In this document: piece after piece, positions 26,124-37,224 of the stretch | How positions within the stretch are numbered: position 1 is the stretch's first letter | Layout: each line of letters starts with the position of its first letter | Sequence record: MT133560.1 | Length of the DNA: 64,000 bases | Strand: one strand, 5' to 3' | Made by a program: the position numbers and the translations under genes | The notes under the pieces: generated by a model | What the model was told of the DNA's origin: nothing | Seen by the model: only the letters and a program-made list of their open reading frames with translations | Database searches by the model: none

Positions 26124-27398
26124 TTATTTTGTTTTTGTATAGTAATTCTTAGTCATAGCACGTAGAATTAAATACAACATCAACCCAGTCCTAGTTGCCG
26201 CGATATATGCAGGTACCCTAGAATTAGTCGCATCCCTAACTAACTTCTCACCTTCTTCACGCATGAAAATAACTTGAGCATTTTCTGTTTTAGATGCCAT
26301 TATCTTTGCTCGTATTTTTACAAGCAATGTTTGTAGATCATTATTTCTAGCAACCATTGTACGTAATGACTGCATATAATCGAAAGCATACAGTAAGCAC
26401 TCATCCACGAGTTTCTCAAGCTTTTGTGCCCTAGGTTGGCCGATGTTACGGGAAAGGTGTCTAAGTGTCGCCATGAACATTTCTGGTGGCATTGTGGGCA
26501 TTATCTTTTCAATAATACCAACTAGCTCAGGTCTAATGAAATTTTGTTCTTGTTGCGCAACTTGATGGATGTAAGTAAGATATGAACGATACCCGGTAGA
26601 CTTATCACGTAGAATCTGTTCACCATCGGAATTGACAGCCATGTCTGATGAAATAACTAATTTACCACCTGATTGCAGTGTTCTGATATAAACATCATAG
26701 TACTTGTTGATTAATTCACGTAGACGTGTTTGAGTATCAGATACCACACGGCCAGACCAATAATCCAGTTCTTGTGTTTTACCAGTTAAGAAAGGTGCAT
26801 AAATAGAATCAGGTGCAATAATACCTTCGGCCCGTTGCCTAAATAGTTTCTCCCATGACCCAATTGTCTTAATGTCAAATCGATAATTAAGCGCGGCGAA
26901 TGCAGCTTCGGCTACTTCTTTACGTGCAGGATATTTAAAGCGTGGTACAAGTAAAGATGTTAGATATTTAAAATGCAATACCATGAAACAACTAACCATT
27001 GCTTCATGCCTAATATTCAAAGGAACATTAGTTGTTTTCAATAACCTAGAACAAATATAGGCAGGAAGGTGATTGAATACATCTGACATCACACGATGGT
27101 TGGGATCAATAAATTCAACAGACTTAAAATCTTGAACTAACAATGCTTCGTCGATTCGTAAAACATCATCATACCAGATCTCGCGATCCGTATCGAAGAA
27201 TCTGACTTGTTGCACACCTAGTAATACACCGCCAAAGAAAGCAGAATGATCGGCATTCCTATTCATAAAACTAATGGTAAAGTCAATAATTCTTTTACAT
27301 AAATCTCGATCAAATTGAACATCCTTAAAATTTCTATCAAGGACTTCTTTAATAGTTGCCATTGGGAAAACCTCCTGGAGAATCAAATCATAAGTCAT
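26124..27398 (-). CDS. conserved virion protein (gp32-like)
   Basis: long helical ORF at a conserved position; true start may be MATIKEV. Confidence 0.75.
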   Translation of the reverse strand: MTYDLILQEVFPMATIKEVLDRNFKDVQFDRDLCKRIIDFTISFMNRNADHSAFFGGVLLGVQQVRFFDTDREIWYDDVLRIDEALLVQDFKSVEFIDPNHRVMSDVFNHLPAYICSRLLKTTNVPLNIRHEAMVSCFMVLHFKYLTSLLVPRFKYPARKEVAEAAFAALNYRFDIKTIGSWEKLFRQRAEGIIAPDSIYAPFLTGKTQELDYWSGRVVSDTQTRLRELINKYYDVYIRTLQSGGKLVISSDMAVNSDGEQILRDKSTGYRSYLTYIHQVAQQEQNFIRPELVGIIEKIMPTMPPEMFMATLRHLSRNIGQPRAQKLEKLVDECLLYAFDYMQSLRTMVARNNDLQTLLVKIRAKIMASKTENAQVIFMREEGEKLVRDATNSRVPAYIAATRTGLMLYLILRAMTKNYYTKTK

Positions 27399-27452
27399 AA
27401 AAGTACTTATGTTATTTATTCCATGTAATTACATAAATTAGAGGATAATAAA

Positions 27453-28322
27453 ATGGTTTATAAAATGATTAGTTTATTAAACCTAGCTAACCCTAGTTTA
27501 ATTCAGCAATTAAGTCAATTGGTATCTAATGAAAATGATCTAGAAAATCTTAGAACTAGTGGTTGGCTAAAAGATGATCTTAATAATAATGTGTTTTTCA
27601 TTTATTCTGAAACATCTTCTGATATTCTAGCTAGTCTAAGGATTTTTTTAAATATTGACCCATGGGTAGATAGTGGTAGTAACTATCAGAAACTAGATGT
27701 TAGTCAAGTTAGTCGATACATGACAACTGCACTTGCTTGTACTAATAATGATTATGAAGTTAATGTTATTAAAACTATTTCTAAACTATTATTATCATTT
27801 ATTAATAATCAAATATGTTCAGTTAATAATATTAAGTTTAACAATAGTGGTAATGAGACTCAACTATCAATTGGTTTAATACATGATTCTTACACACTGG
27901 ACATAGATTTAAATATTGGGATGAAATCATTTATTGATAATAAAACTATTATTGATAAATATAAATTATTTGAAACATCGTTAAGTAAAACTAAGAGTGA
28001 ATTTAATTTTTCTATAGTCACTAATGACAAAGTTAATAAAGTTGCATCCATATACAAGACCGCAGCTACATGCGAATATGATGATGCAATTCTATTTAAC
28101 AAAGATTCGCTAGTAAGTATAAAACCATTTATTGATGGACATTCACTTATTACTAATGAGCTTATTGAATCGCTTATCAAAGAAATTCAAAATAAAGAAA
28201 CTAAAAAATTAAAGTTAATCAAAGTTATGTGTTCCAATCATTATCAAAGAACTCATAGAGATTTAATCACAATTGTCTTATGCAGTCCTGTTAATATTTG
28301 GTCCATAACTATCCATGTATAG
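27453..28322 (+). CDS. AT-rich hypothetical protein
   Basis: 289-aa ORF with GAGGA RBS. Confidence 0.75.
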   Translation: MVYKMISLLNLANPSLIQQLSQLVSNENDLENLRTSGWLKDDLNNNVFFIYSETSSDILASLRIFLNIDPWVDSGSNYQKLDVSQVSRYMTTALACTNNDYEVNVIKTISKLLLSFINNQICSVNNIKFNNSGNETQLSIGLIHDSYTLDIDLNIGMKSFIDNKTIIDKYKLFETSLSKTKSEFNFSIVTNDKVNKVASIYKTAATCEYDDAILFNKDSLVSIKPFIDGHSLITNELIESLIKEIQNKETKKLKLIKVMCSNHYQRTHRDLITIVLCSPVNIWSITIHV

Positions 28323-28329
28323 GTAACAT

Positions 28330-28533
28330 ATGGATTTAAATCCTCATGACATCGATAATCAAGCAATATTTAATTATTTAGAAATGCTGCCATCTACTTT
28401 TAAGATAACTGAATCTACTTTTATTGCTGCTGATTTTGATAGTAATGGCGATGTCATCATACAACTAGAGCAATCATTAATTTATACTGGCTGCTCATTA
28501 TCTAAATTTAATGCGTGTTTTAACACTATGTAA
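28330..28533 (+). CDS. hypothetical protein
   Basis: 67-aa ORF followed by a hairpin terminator at 28541-28562. Confidence 0.6.
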   Translation: MDLNPHDIDNQAIFNYLEMLPSTFKITESTFIAADFDSNGDVIIQLEQSLIYTGCSLSKFNACFNTM

Positions 28534-28619
28534 ATATAATGCCCTCTCCATAAGGAGAGGGCTTATGATGTATTTTCTCTTTTATCATCTGTAGTACAAT
28601 AACTCAAATATAATTGTAG

Positions 28620-29399
<780 letters not shown>

Positions 29400-29408
29400 G
29401 GTACAACC

Positions 29409-30224
29409 ATGGCTAAACGAAAAGCTCGCGCAGTAAGTGCACCAGTAACATTATCAGAAATTAGTGAAATCCCTAATGAAGTAACTAATGCAGAGGATAG
29501 TGTCAATGAACTTGAAACCACTCCTACTGAAATTGTTTCTACTGAATCAAGTGAAAATGAAAATACCACTGCCGATTCAGAAAACACAGCCGCAACTGAC
29601 TCGACAACAGATGAAGAATCAGAAGACACGTCTTCTACTGAAGCAAATGGAGATGGGGAATCAGAAGAGCCCGATCTATCGGAGAATCAGGAAGATCCGA
29701 AGGAGCCTATAGAAACGCCTGAGGAGCCCGTTGAAGATGATGATGGTTCAGGTGACCCTGATGGTGGCACATCTGAAGAAAAGCCAACAGAAGGCGATCC
29801 AGAGGATCCTGAAGAGCCAACTGAACCTACTGACCCTGAAGAACCCACTGATCCAGTTGATCCGGTGGAACCACCACCTGAAGAACCTAAAGCATTCCAA
29901 TTAAACTTAGCTACAGTGAAATCACAGTTTGGTGATTTACCAATGTATTGGGCTATTGAGTTAATTAAACGTTATTTCAGTGCACCGCCTGCTATCTATA
30001 TCCCAGATGTAGTCGATAACCCTGATTTCAAAATAATGGTTCAACAGGTGAAATTCTTTGGTAATGGACTACGCCCGATATATAACTCTAAGAACATGAT
30101 TACTTTCACCACTATGTTAGAAGGTGCAAGTGAAGCAACAATCTTAGAGGATATGAAGAAACAACAACCGGCATTACTAAGTTTATTACCTTGGTATGAC
30201 CCAAACGCTGAAATAGATAAATGA
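29409..30224 (+). CDS. virion protein with acidic Pro/Glu-rich linker (gp35-like capsid decoration)
   Basis: E/T/P low-complexity N-terminal 160 aa with PEEPT/DP repeats and a folded C-terminus; assigned by position. Confidence 0.7.
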   Translation: MAKRKARAVSAPVTLSEISEIPNEVTNAEDSVNELETTPTEIVSTESSENENTTADSENTAATDSTTDEESEDTSSTEANGDGESEEPDLSENQEDPKEPIETPEEPVEDDDGSGDPDGGTSEEKPTEGDPEDPEEPTEPTDPEEPTDPVDPVEPPPEEPKAFQLNLATVKSQFGDLPMYWAIELIKRYFSAPPAIYIPDVVDNPDFKIMVQQVKFFGNGLRPIYNSKNMITFTTMLEGASEATILEDMKKQQPALLSLLPWYDPNAEIDK

Positions 30225-30231
30225 ACATATT

Positions 30232-30253
30232 GCCTCCCCTAGGGGAGGCTTTA
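30232..30253 (+). terminator. intrinsic terminator
   Basis: gcctcccc-ta-ggggaggc followed by ttt. Confidence 0.75.
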
Positions 30254-30262
30254 TGCTGAGTT

Positions 30263-30290
30263 AAAAAAAGTTTAAGATCTATATTACTAA
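30263..30290 (+). promoter_or_regulatory. phage promoter (TATATTAC at 30280-30287)
   Basis: A-tract + aagatc + TATATTAC + taa. Confidence 0.8.
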
Positions 30291-30327
30291 TTTGCAATAA
30301 TAACCAATATTCAAATAGGTATCAATA

Positions 30328-31143
30328 ATGACTGAATCAACTACTTTTAGTTTTACCCCTAATCCACATCTAAAAGTAATATACGATAATTTCAAGAATA
30401 AATATCCTAAAAACAGTGTAATCTACGGTTGGATAAATAAAGAAAATAATACATGGGGAATTACTGGTAATACGAAATATAATTCAATTAAAGGTACTGG
30501 TCATAATGCTCAATACATTAATCATCTAATTTCTAGACTACTAGAAGAAGAACAGCATTTTGAGAATACACGTATTGAAAGAGCATGGCTTAATTTAATT
30601 GAGTCATATGAAAATAGTTATAAAAGTGATGTATCTCACTATACTAATCTGCCATTAAAAGCCACCTTACCAATTGGTAAGCTCAATGTATTTCAAATCG
30701 GAAGAGCACACTCAGATGAACTAGGCATGGTTACACTAAAATCTGCCAATGTATCAGAAATCATCATTGAGTCTAAATCAGCTCTTGATGAAGCTCTTGA
30801 TTCTATTGATTGCATTATTCATGAAAACATTAAAACTGATTTTAAAGTACTAATGCATGAATTTTATAAAAATGAACCATATAGACCTGATTGGTTAAAA
30901 GAAAATGGTACATGCAAATTTATTCAATTAACCTTTAACATTGGTTCATCATTTGATTTAATTTACTATGGATGGAAGTGGGAAGGTGTAACCAGAATTA
31001 AAACAAGTGATCGAGATGCAGCTGATATGCTGTATTCTGGTATTATTATTAATACATCAAAATTAGTTAATGATCCAGATAATGAACCGTTATTTGAACA
31101 ATTAGTTAATGTATGTGAAGTATCAACTGCTAAAGTAAAATAA
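30328..31143 (+). CDS. hypothetical protein (gp36-like)
   Basis: 271-aa ORF downstream of a promoter. Confidence 0.8.
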   Translation: MTESTTFSFTPNPHLKVIYDNFKNKYPKNSVIYGWINKENNTWGITGNTKYNSIKGTGHNAQYINHLISRLLEEEQHFENTRIERAWLNLIESYENSYKSDVSHYTNLPLKATLPIGKLNVFQIGRAHSDELGMVTLKSANVSEIIIESKSALDEALDSIDCIIHENIKTDFKVLMHEFYKNEPYRPDWLKENGTCKFIQLTFNIGSSFDLIYYGWKWEGVTRIKTSDRDAADMLYSGIIINTSKLVNDPDNEPLFEQLVNVCEVSTAKVK

Positions 31144-31179
31144 GTGTATTATTTTTAATAAATGAAGAGGTTAGAAAAA

Positions 31180-32001
31180 ATGACTCAATTTAACATCACC
31201 TGGGAAGAACAACTCCAAGCCCTATCTAAGCTAGATGGTTTACATCATCCACATAAATTAGAGGATATCTCCGTTCATTGGGTATTTAATCCAGTAGATA
31301 TTTCAGTTTTTGTTACATGTGCGACCATGAGTAGTCATAACACCCACTATACTTTTAAACCGCAGTCAAGTCCAGATGATGCCATGGTGCGAGAATATGT
31401 ACTATCTCGCATTATTGCCGATAATCTGAAATATGTTGATAATTTATATCTAGCGGCTGGTGCCGTTATTTGCGGTAATGACGAATACATTAGTGATGGT
31501 AATGTGGTTGGCATTCATATAGCTGATGGCGTAGGAGGTAACAAGCTTATTCTACCAGTCATTGAATTTATGCCAGGTGTTCATGTTGATGATATCAGTG
31601 ATAAACTAATCAAGTCGTCATCCTATCAAGGTATTTTCAAAACAGATAACCTTGAAGAGTTTGAATTCCTTGTTGATAAGAAGAATGCAAATAATGTAAA
31701 AGAATTAATTCTAGCCTATACTGATTATTTCGCTAATAAGTTGGCCTTTAAAGATCCAGCTGAACCAGCTGTAGAAATGTATCAGTTTATTGATCGGACT
31801 GAAGTATATTTTAGTTTTGAAGGATGTCATCCAGATGTTGAGGAAGTTCTATTTACCATTAAGATCGTACGTTACAATCAACCACTCAATTCAACTGCAA
31901 TGCAGGTATTTTTGAAAAACCCACTACTCTCGCACATCCGGACAGTTGTCCGGCAGGACCTTCCGGCGAAATTTGTGGGCGGTGTACTATTTAATTTTTG
32001 A
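31180..32001 (+). CDS. dip: degradosome-interacting protein Dip (gp37-like RNase E inhibitor)
   Basis: MTQFNITWEEQLQALSKLDG... recalled as Dip; two genes upstream of PhuZ (gp39). Confidence 0.85.
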   Translation: MTQFNITWEEQLQALSKLDGLHHPHKLEDISVHWVFNPVDISVFVTCATMSSHNTHYTFKPQSSPDDAMVREYVLSRIIADNLKYVDNLYLAAGAVICGNDEYISDGNVVGIHIADGVGGNKLILPVIEFMPGVHVDDISDKLIKSSSYQGIFKTDNLEEFEFLVDKKNANNVKELILAYTDYFANKLAFKDPAEPAVEMYQFIDRTEVYFSFEGCHPDVEEVLFTIKIVRYNQPLNSTAMQVFLKNPLLSHIRTVVRQDLPAKFVGGVLFNF

Positions 32002-32249
32002 GAAATTCATTACTTTAATAGACTGTATTTCTCTTATTTATCTCTTTTCTTCTAAAAAGAAAATTATATAAATAGTATATTATGTGGGGGGGACCCTTTG
32101 GGGGGGGCCCCATATAATATTCCTTATTATTAGAGATGGGGTATAACCTATCCTTAGTTCGAGAATCTAATACTTTTAGTAATAAGGGATTGGCTATAAA
32201 GAGCCAATACCGTTTAATTTGAAAATAGAAAAATTGGAAAAAATGAAAA

Positions 32250-32762
32250 ATGTCTGAACAGAAAGATTACACTCTAGTACGTACTCCACTAACTCATGAT
32301 GAGCTAAAGAAAGCATTTAAAGAAGATAACATTCATGCATCTGATGTTCAACTAGATAGGTTAGTTAAGTTATCTGAAGAAGTATGTAGTGCTAAAGGCA
32401 ATTACAACATTCGTCCTTTAGCTAACTCAAAAGGAATGGTATTTGAATTCACCAACAAAGATGGTGAGATCATTGCACTAATTCCTTTTGATATTTCAAA
32501 AGAACGTAAAAATGCCAAAATCCCAAAAACGAAATGGCTTACTGAACTTCTAAACGTTTATCGTTATAAAGTTAGTAAGATTGAAGTTAAGAATGTACTT
32601 AACATGATTATTGATTGTGTTAAGTCTGGTGGTACTTGGCAAACATACATGTGTCGAGATAAGATGGTAATCGAATTTAAATCTGATACTGGTAAAGTGA
32701 TTAGTGAATTAACTGTTCATCAAGAACGAACTCATGAAGAGATCGTTACTTTTAAGCACTGA
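32250..32762 (+). CDS. hypothetical protein with internal two-fold repeat
   Basis: GMVFEFTNKDGEII and KMVIEFKSDTGKVI repeat units. Confidence 0.8.
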   Translation: MSEQKDYTLVRTPLTHDELKKAFKEDNIHASDVQLDRLVKLSEEVCSAKGNYNIRPLANSKGMVFEFTNKDGEIIALIPFDISKERKNAKIPKTKWLTELLNVYRYKVSKIEVKNVLNMIIDCVKSGGTWQTYMCRDKMVIEFKSDTGKVISELTVHQERTHEEIVTFKH

Positions 32763-32812
32763 TACCATTTACAAGTTGGTATATGAAATTATATTAATCA
32801 CAATGAGGTGTA

Positions 32813-33796
32813 ATGATGTCTAAAGTAAAAACTCGAATTTACTTTTGTGGTGGTGCTGGTTTCCGTATTGGTGAACTATTCCATGGTTATCATGAGGATG
32901 TTTGCTACATTGATACCAGTGTACAGAATAAACACAAACACAATACTGACGATAATACGATCATTATTGAAGCGGATACTAAGCTAGCTGACCAGACTGC
33001 ACGTAAACGTGCTATCGGTATGGGTAAAGATCGTAAGGCAGCCGCAGAACTAATCTCTGCACATATTCCTGCCATTGCCCATCATTTCCCAGCAGGGGAT
33101 GCTAACATTGTAGTGTATTCAATGGGTGGTGCTTCTGGTTCAACTATTGGTCCTTCCCTTGTCAGTCATCTACAACAACAAGGTGAAGTAGTTGTAAGTG
33201 TGGTCATTGGATCTTACGACAGTGATATTAGTCTTCGTAATAGCAGTGGTAGCCTTAAGACTTTTGAAGGGGTTTCCTCTGTTAGTAAAGTTCCGATGAT
33301 TATTAACTATCATGAGAATGTTGAAGGTATACCGCAATCAATGGTGAACCAAAACATTCTTGAAGTACTAAATGCACTAGTAATTCTATTTAATCAAGAA
33401 CACCAAAGTCTTGATCTAATGGATATCACTAACTGGGCACACTTCCATAAGCACCATGATGTACCTGTACAGACTGTCCAATTACACGTGTGTTTCGATC
33501 GTCAAGAAGCTCAGGCTATTCTGGATCCAATTTCTATTGCTTCACTATACACTGATCCTGATCGCGATGTATCAATTAGTACAGTTCTAACTCGTACTAC
33601 TGGTTATGCTGATCCTGAAAAATATGATTTCGATCAAATGCATTTTGTGATCAATGGCCTATCTATTGAAGATATTCGTAAGCGATTAGAAGAACGTCGT
33701 GAAATGATGAATCGAGCCAAAGCTAATATGCGTAAGCGTCAGTCTACTCTAGATGTGGATGACCAAGCAACTAGTAGTGGTCTTGTATTCGATTAA
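32813..33796 (+). CDS. phuZ: phage tubulin PhuZ
   Basis: FCGGAG, tubulin signature GGASGSTIG, C-terminal SGLVFD tail. Confidence 0.97.
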   Translation: MMSKVKTRIYFCGGAGFRIGELFHGYHEDVCYIDTSVQNKHKHNTDDNTIIIEADTKLADQTARKRAIGMGKDRKAAAELISAHIPAIAHHFPAGDANIVVYSMGGASGSTIGPSLVSHLQQQGEVVVSVVIGSYDSDISLRNSSGSLKTFEGVSSVSKVPMIINYHENVEGIPQSMVNQNILEVLNALVILFNQEHQSLDLMDITNWAHFHKHHDVPVQTVQLHVCFDRQEAQAILDPISIASLYTDPDRDVSISTVLTRTTGYADPEKYDFDQMHFVINGLSIEDIRKRLEERREMMNRAKANMRKRQSTLDVDDQATSSGLVFD

Positions 33797-33804
33797 CTTA
33801 TACT

Positions 33805-33836
33805 GGAGCCCTTCGGGGCTCCTTTTATTTTTTTTG
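33805..33836 (+). terminator. intrinsic terminator
   Basis: ggagccc-TTCG-gggctcc followed by a long T-tract. Confidence 0.9.
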
Positions 33837-33850
33837 TAACGAGGTGTAAT

Positions 33851-34333
33851 ATGAAACCAGTAAATACAGTTACTTATATTCCTTTGCATGTAGCTGAATC
33901 ATTTTATTCCCCTAGAAATATGATCTGTCTACTGGAGAAAGGTAGAGTCCCACTTTATTCAGCAAAACATCTTAATTATTTACGTATCAATGTTGATGAC
34001 ATTGAGGATTATGTTGATTCTTCTTATGATCTATTTGATCATCGGCATGCACAACGTATTATTTCCTTCTGTGAAGCTCTTGGTAAGGGTCAACACCTAT
34101 TCGTACACTGTGAGGCAGGTATTAGCCGATCGGCTGCTGTAGCTAAGTTTCTGTGCGATAAAATGGGATTCATTCATGTACCGCATAATCCATCTTTATT
34201 TAATTTTGATGGTTACAATGGTCACATTTATGGAGTTTTATGTAATGCTAAAGCAGGGAAGCTTTATTATGACGATAGAGCCGATGGTATTTTTATGGGT
34301 AAAGTAAATCAGAATTTTGCAGATATTAAATAA
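33851..34333 (+). CDS. Cys-dependent (PTP/dual-specificity-like) phosphatase
   Basis: intact P-loop VHCEAGISRSAAVA (HCxxGxxRS). Confidence 0.85.
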   Translation: MKPVNTVTYIPLHVAESFYSPRNMICLLEKGRVPLYSAKHLNYLRINVDDIEDYVDSSYDLFDHRHAQRIISFCEALGKGQHLFVHCEAGISRSAAVAKFLCDKMGFIHVPHNPSLFNFDGYNGHIYGVLCNAKAGKLYYDDRADGIFMGKVNQNFADIK

Positions 34334-34372
34334 CTAGCGATAATTAATAATCTGTATATTAGGAGATAACCG

Positions 34373-34846
34373 ATGGCAAAGAACACTGCTAAAAAGCTCG
34401 ACGAGCAAATGGCAGCTGAACTTGATCTGACGTTATCTCCGTTTACTATGGTTCTGAAACACGTAGTTCGTCTCCCCAACATAGTTGAGGGATTTATCTT
34501 TGTAATGGTTAAGGATGGAATTATTAGCTATGACCGGGTAGACAAATGGGCTGAAGTAAACGGGATGCGTTTGCGAGTTCCTCGTTTCAAATCGCATTCG
34601 GTTATTGAGAAGCGGTTAAACGATAAGCTGTATAGGCGTTGGTATGTTTGGGGGAATGGTATTTTATATCCATTACAAACATCCAAGGTTGAAGATTTAA
34701 AAGATAATTTCTATTTCAAGATTGACAGTAACCCCCACTGTTGTACCATCCACATTCCAAATATTGATGCAGACAGTATACGAAATAATACATTACCATT
34801 TTTCGAAAGAGTCCACCCTGGATGGGGTGTTATATTAACTAATTGA
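34373..34846 (+). CDS. hypothetical protein
   Basis: 157-aa ORF with AGGAG RBS. Confidence 0.8.
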   Translation: MAKNTAKKLDEQMAAELDLTLSPFTMVLKHVVRLPNIVEGFIFVMVKDGIISYDRVDKWAEVNGMRLRVPRFKSHSVIEKRLNDKLYRRWYVWGNGILYPLQTSKVEDLKDNFYFKIDSNPHCCTIHIPNIDADSIRNNTLPFFERVHPGWGVILTN

Positions 34847-35175
34847 GATTTACGTATATGCTATTATTGATTGATTATCCTGAGGTTAAGGAACTGGCAG
34901 ATTATGTAATGTCTGAATTTGAACAATATCCTAAATTAGTTAGTGGTTCTATTCTTTCACTTGAACACCACACTAAAGGATCATTTGATTTTATCTGGAG
35001 ATATGACGGATGTGTTGATATTAGATATAAAAATCATATCTGTGGGACTATTACATTTATGGGTTCATATCCAACTTATTTAACTTATAAAAATGTTATT
35101 ACCATCAATGTCCAAGATATGATTATTTCATTAACAGATATCGAGAAATCATTATGTCAACAGTTGCTCAGTTAA
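34843..35175 (+). CDS. hypothetical protein
   Basis: 110-aa ORF; start uncertain. Confidence 0.6.
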   Translation: MRFTYMLLLIDYPEVKELADYVMSEFEQYPKLVSGSILSLEHHTKGSFDFIWRYDGCVDIRYKNHICGTITFMGSYPTYLTYKNVITINVQDMIISLTDIEKSLCQQLLS

Positions 35176-35441
35176 GTATTTATGTAAAACAGTTTGTTCG
35201 TCTTAATCTTAAAGATGAGGATGTTATTTTAGCCGATGGCGAGAAATGGAATATTTTTGTTTTAAATAAAAATAAACTATTGATCCGTGATAGTGATCGA
35301 ATAGCAGTTACAACTATCGATTATGATTCATTCGGTAAGATTATTAAGATTGATCATTCTGATTTTGTCAATAGTTCCATGGCAACTGATAAGGCATATG
35401 AGGTATTAAAAACATATATAGCTCATCGCTATGGGGTTTAA
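35154..35441 (+). CDS. hypothetical protein
   Basis: 95-aa ORF. Confidence 0.6.
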   Translation: MSTVAQLSIYVKQFVRLNLKDEDVILADGEKWNIFVLNKNKLLIRDSDRIAVTTIDYDSFGKIIKIDHSDFVNSSMATDKAYEVLKTYIAHRYGV

Positions 35442-35444
35442 TAA

Positions 35445-35480
35445 ATATTTAAATACATTTAAAGGCTATATTACAAACAT
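35445..35480 (+). promoter_or_regulatory. phage early promoter (TATATTAC at 35467-35474)
   Basis: tttaaaggc-TATATTAC-aaa, same class as 2166, 2670 and 4144. Confidence 0.75.
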
Positions 35481-35508
35481 GATAATAATCCATGTTAAAG
35501 GAATAATC

Positions 35509-35736
35509 ATGAATAGCCTTGCATATAAAACAACTGTTGTATTCGGTAAGACATATCGCGTAACAGGTAACAAAGCATTTATATCCATTCTAGATTCACG
35601 TGGCAATATTTGCTTTGAATTAAATATCGTTGAAAAGAAAGCATGTCAACCGTGTAATAACTTTAGACGGTATTGTTCAGGTATTGGTATTGCACCTGGT
35701 GATCTCATCAAAAAGATTCTCAACAGTATTAATTGA
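35509..35736 (+). CDS. hypothetical protein
   Basis: AAGGA RBS before ATG 35509, downstream of the promoter. Confidence 0.65.
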   Translation: MNSLAYKTTVVFGKTYRVTGNKAFISILDSRGNICFELNIVEKKACQPCNNFRRYCSGIGIAPGDLIKKILNSIN

Positions 35737-35799
35737 TGATGGGTTATACCAGTATGTTTTTAAATATAGTGTTATTTAGATATTATCTTAATGGCATAA

Positions 35800-35820
35800 G
35801 CCCTCCCGCAATGGGAGGGC
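35800..35820. terminator. bidirectional terminator
   Basis: gccctccc/gggagggc between convergent genes, with a T-tract. Confidence 0.8.
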
Positions 35821-35845
35821 ATTATGTCTTTTTTTTTATTTTTTT

Positions 35846-36655
<810 letters not shown>

Positions 36656-36782
36656 CTATAATGCGCTGTACGCGTTTTTTCGATGGAGATAATACCCAAC
36701 TAAGGTATAATATACATCGGCTTACCACGAACAGATTTGACTAAAAATATTTTTAGATCTATATCATGTTCCTGAACATTTA

Positions 36783-37211
36783 ATGAGAGATTGTACTGTG
36801 ACTACTCCCCAAGTAGCTGACCTGTATGTAATAGATGTAACGAGGGTGATAGCCAAGTTAGTACCAAGATCGCCAAAAGAGCTAATAAATGCGCGTTTAG
36901 CAATTAGGTGCCAAAGCTTTGGAATACATCCAGATGACTATGGTACATTAGAGCATATATTTAAATCAGTAGAGGACAGCTTAATTGATGACTTCTTTAA
37001 ATACTCTATTGACTCTTTTGAATTCATGTATACTACTGGATATAGCCCAATAAATAACACCCCTCAGGAAATCCAATGGTTTCATGATAATCATGAAGCC
37101 GCATCTGATCTTTGGGATATATTAAAAATTATACCTAGAGTAAATGCAGGTAAGTTTGTAATATTCTATCGATTAAAGAACACAGTTTGGATCGCCATTC
37201 CAAAAAATTAA
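36783..37211 (+). CDS. hypothetical protein (small-gene array)
   Basis: 142-aa ORF. Confidence 0.7.
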   Translation: MRDCTVTTPQVADLYVIDVTRVIAKLVPRSPKELINARLAIRCQSFGIHPDDYGTLEHIFKSVEDSLIDDFFKYSIDSFEFMYTTGYSPINNTPQEIQWFHDNHEAASDLWDILKIIPRVNAGKFVIFYRLKNTVWIAIPKN

Positions 37212-37224
37212 TTGGAGAAATATA

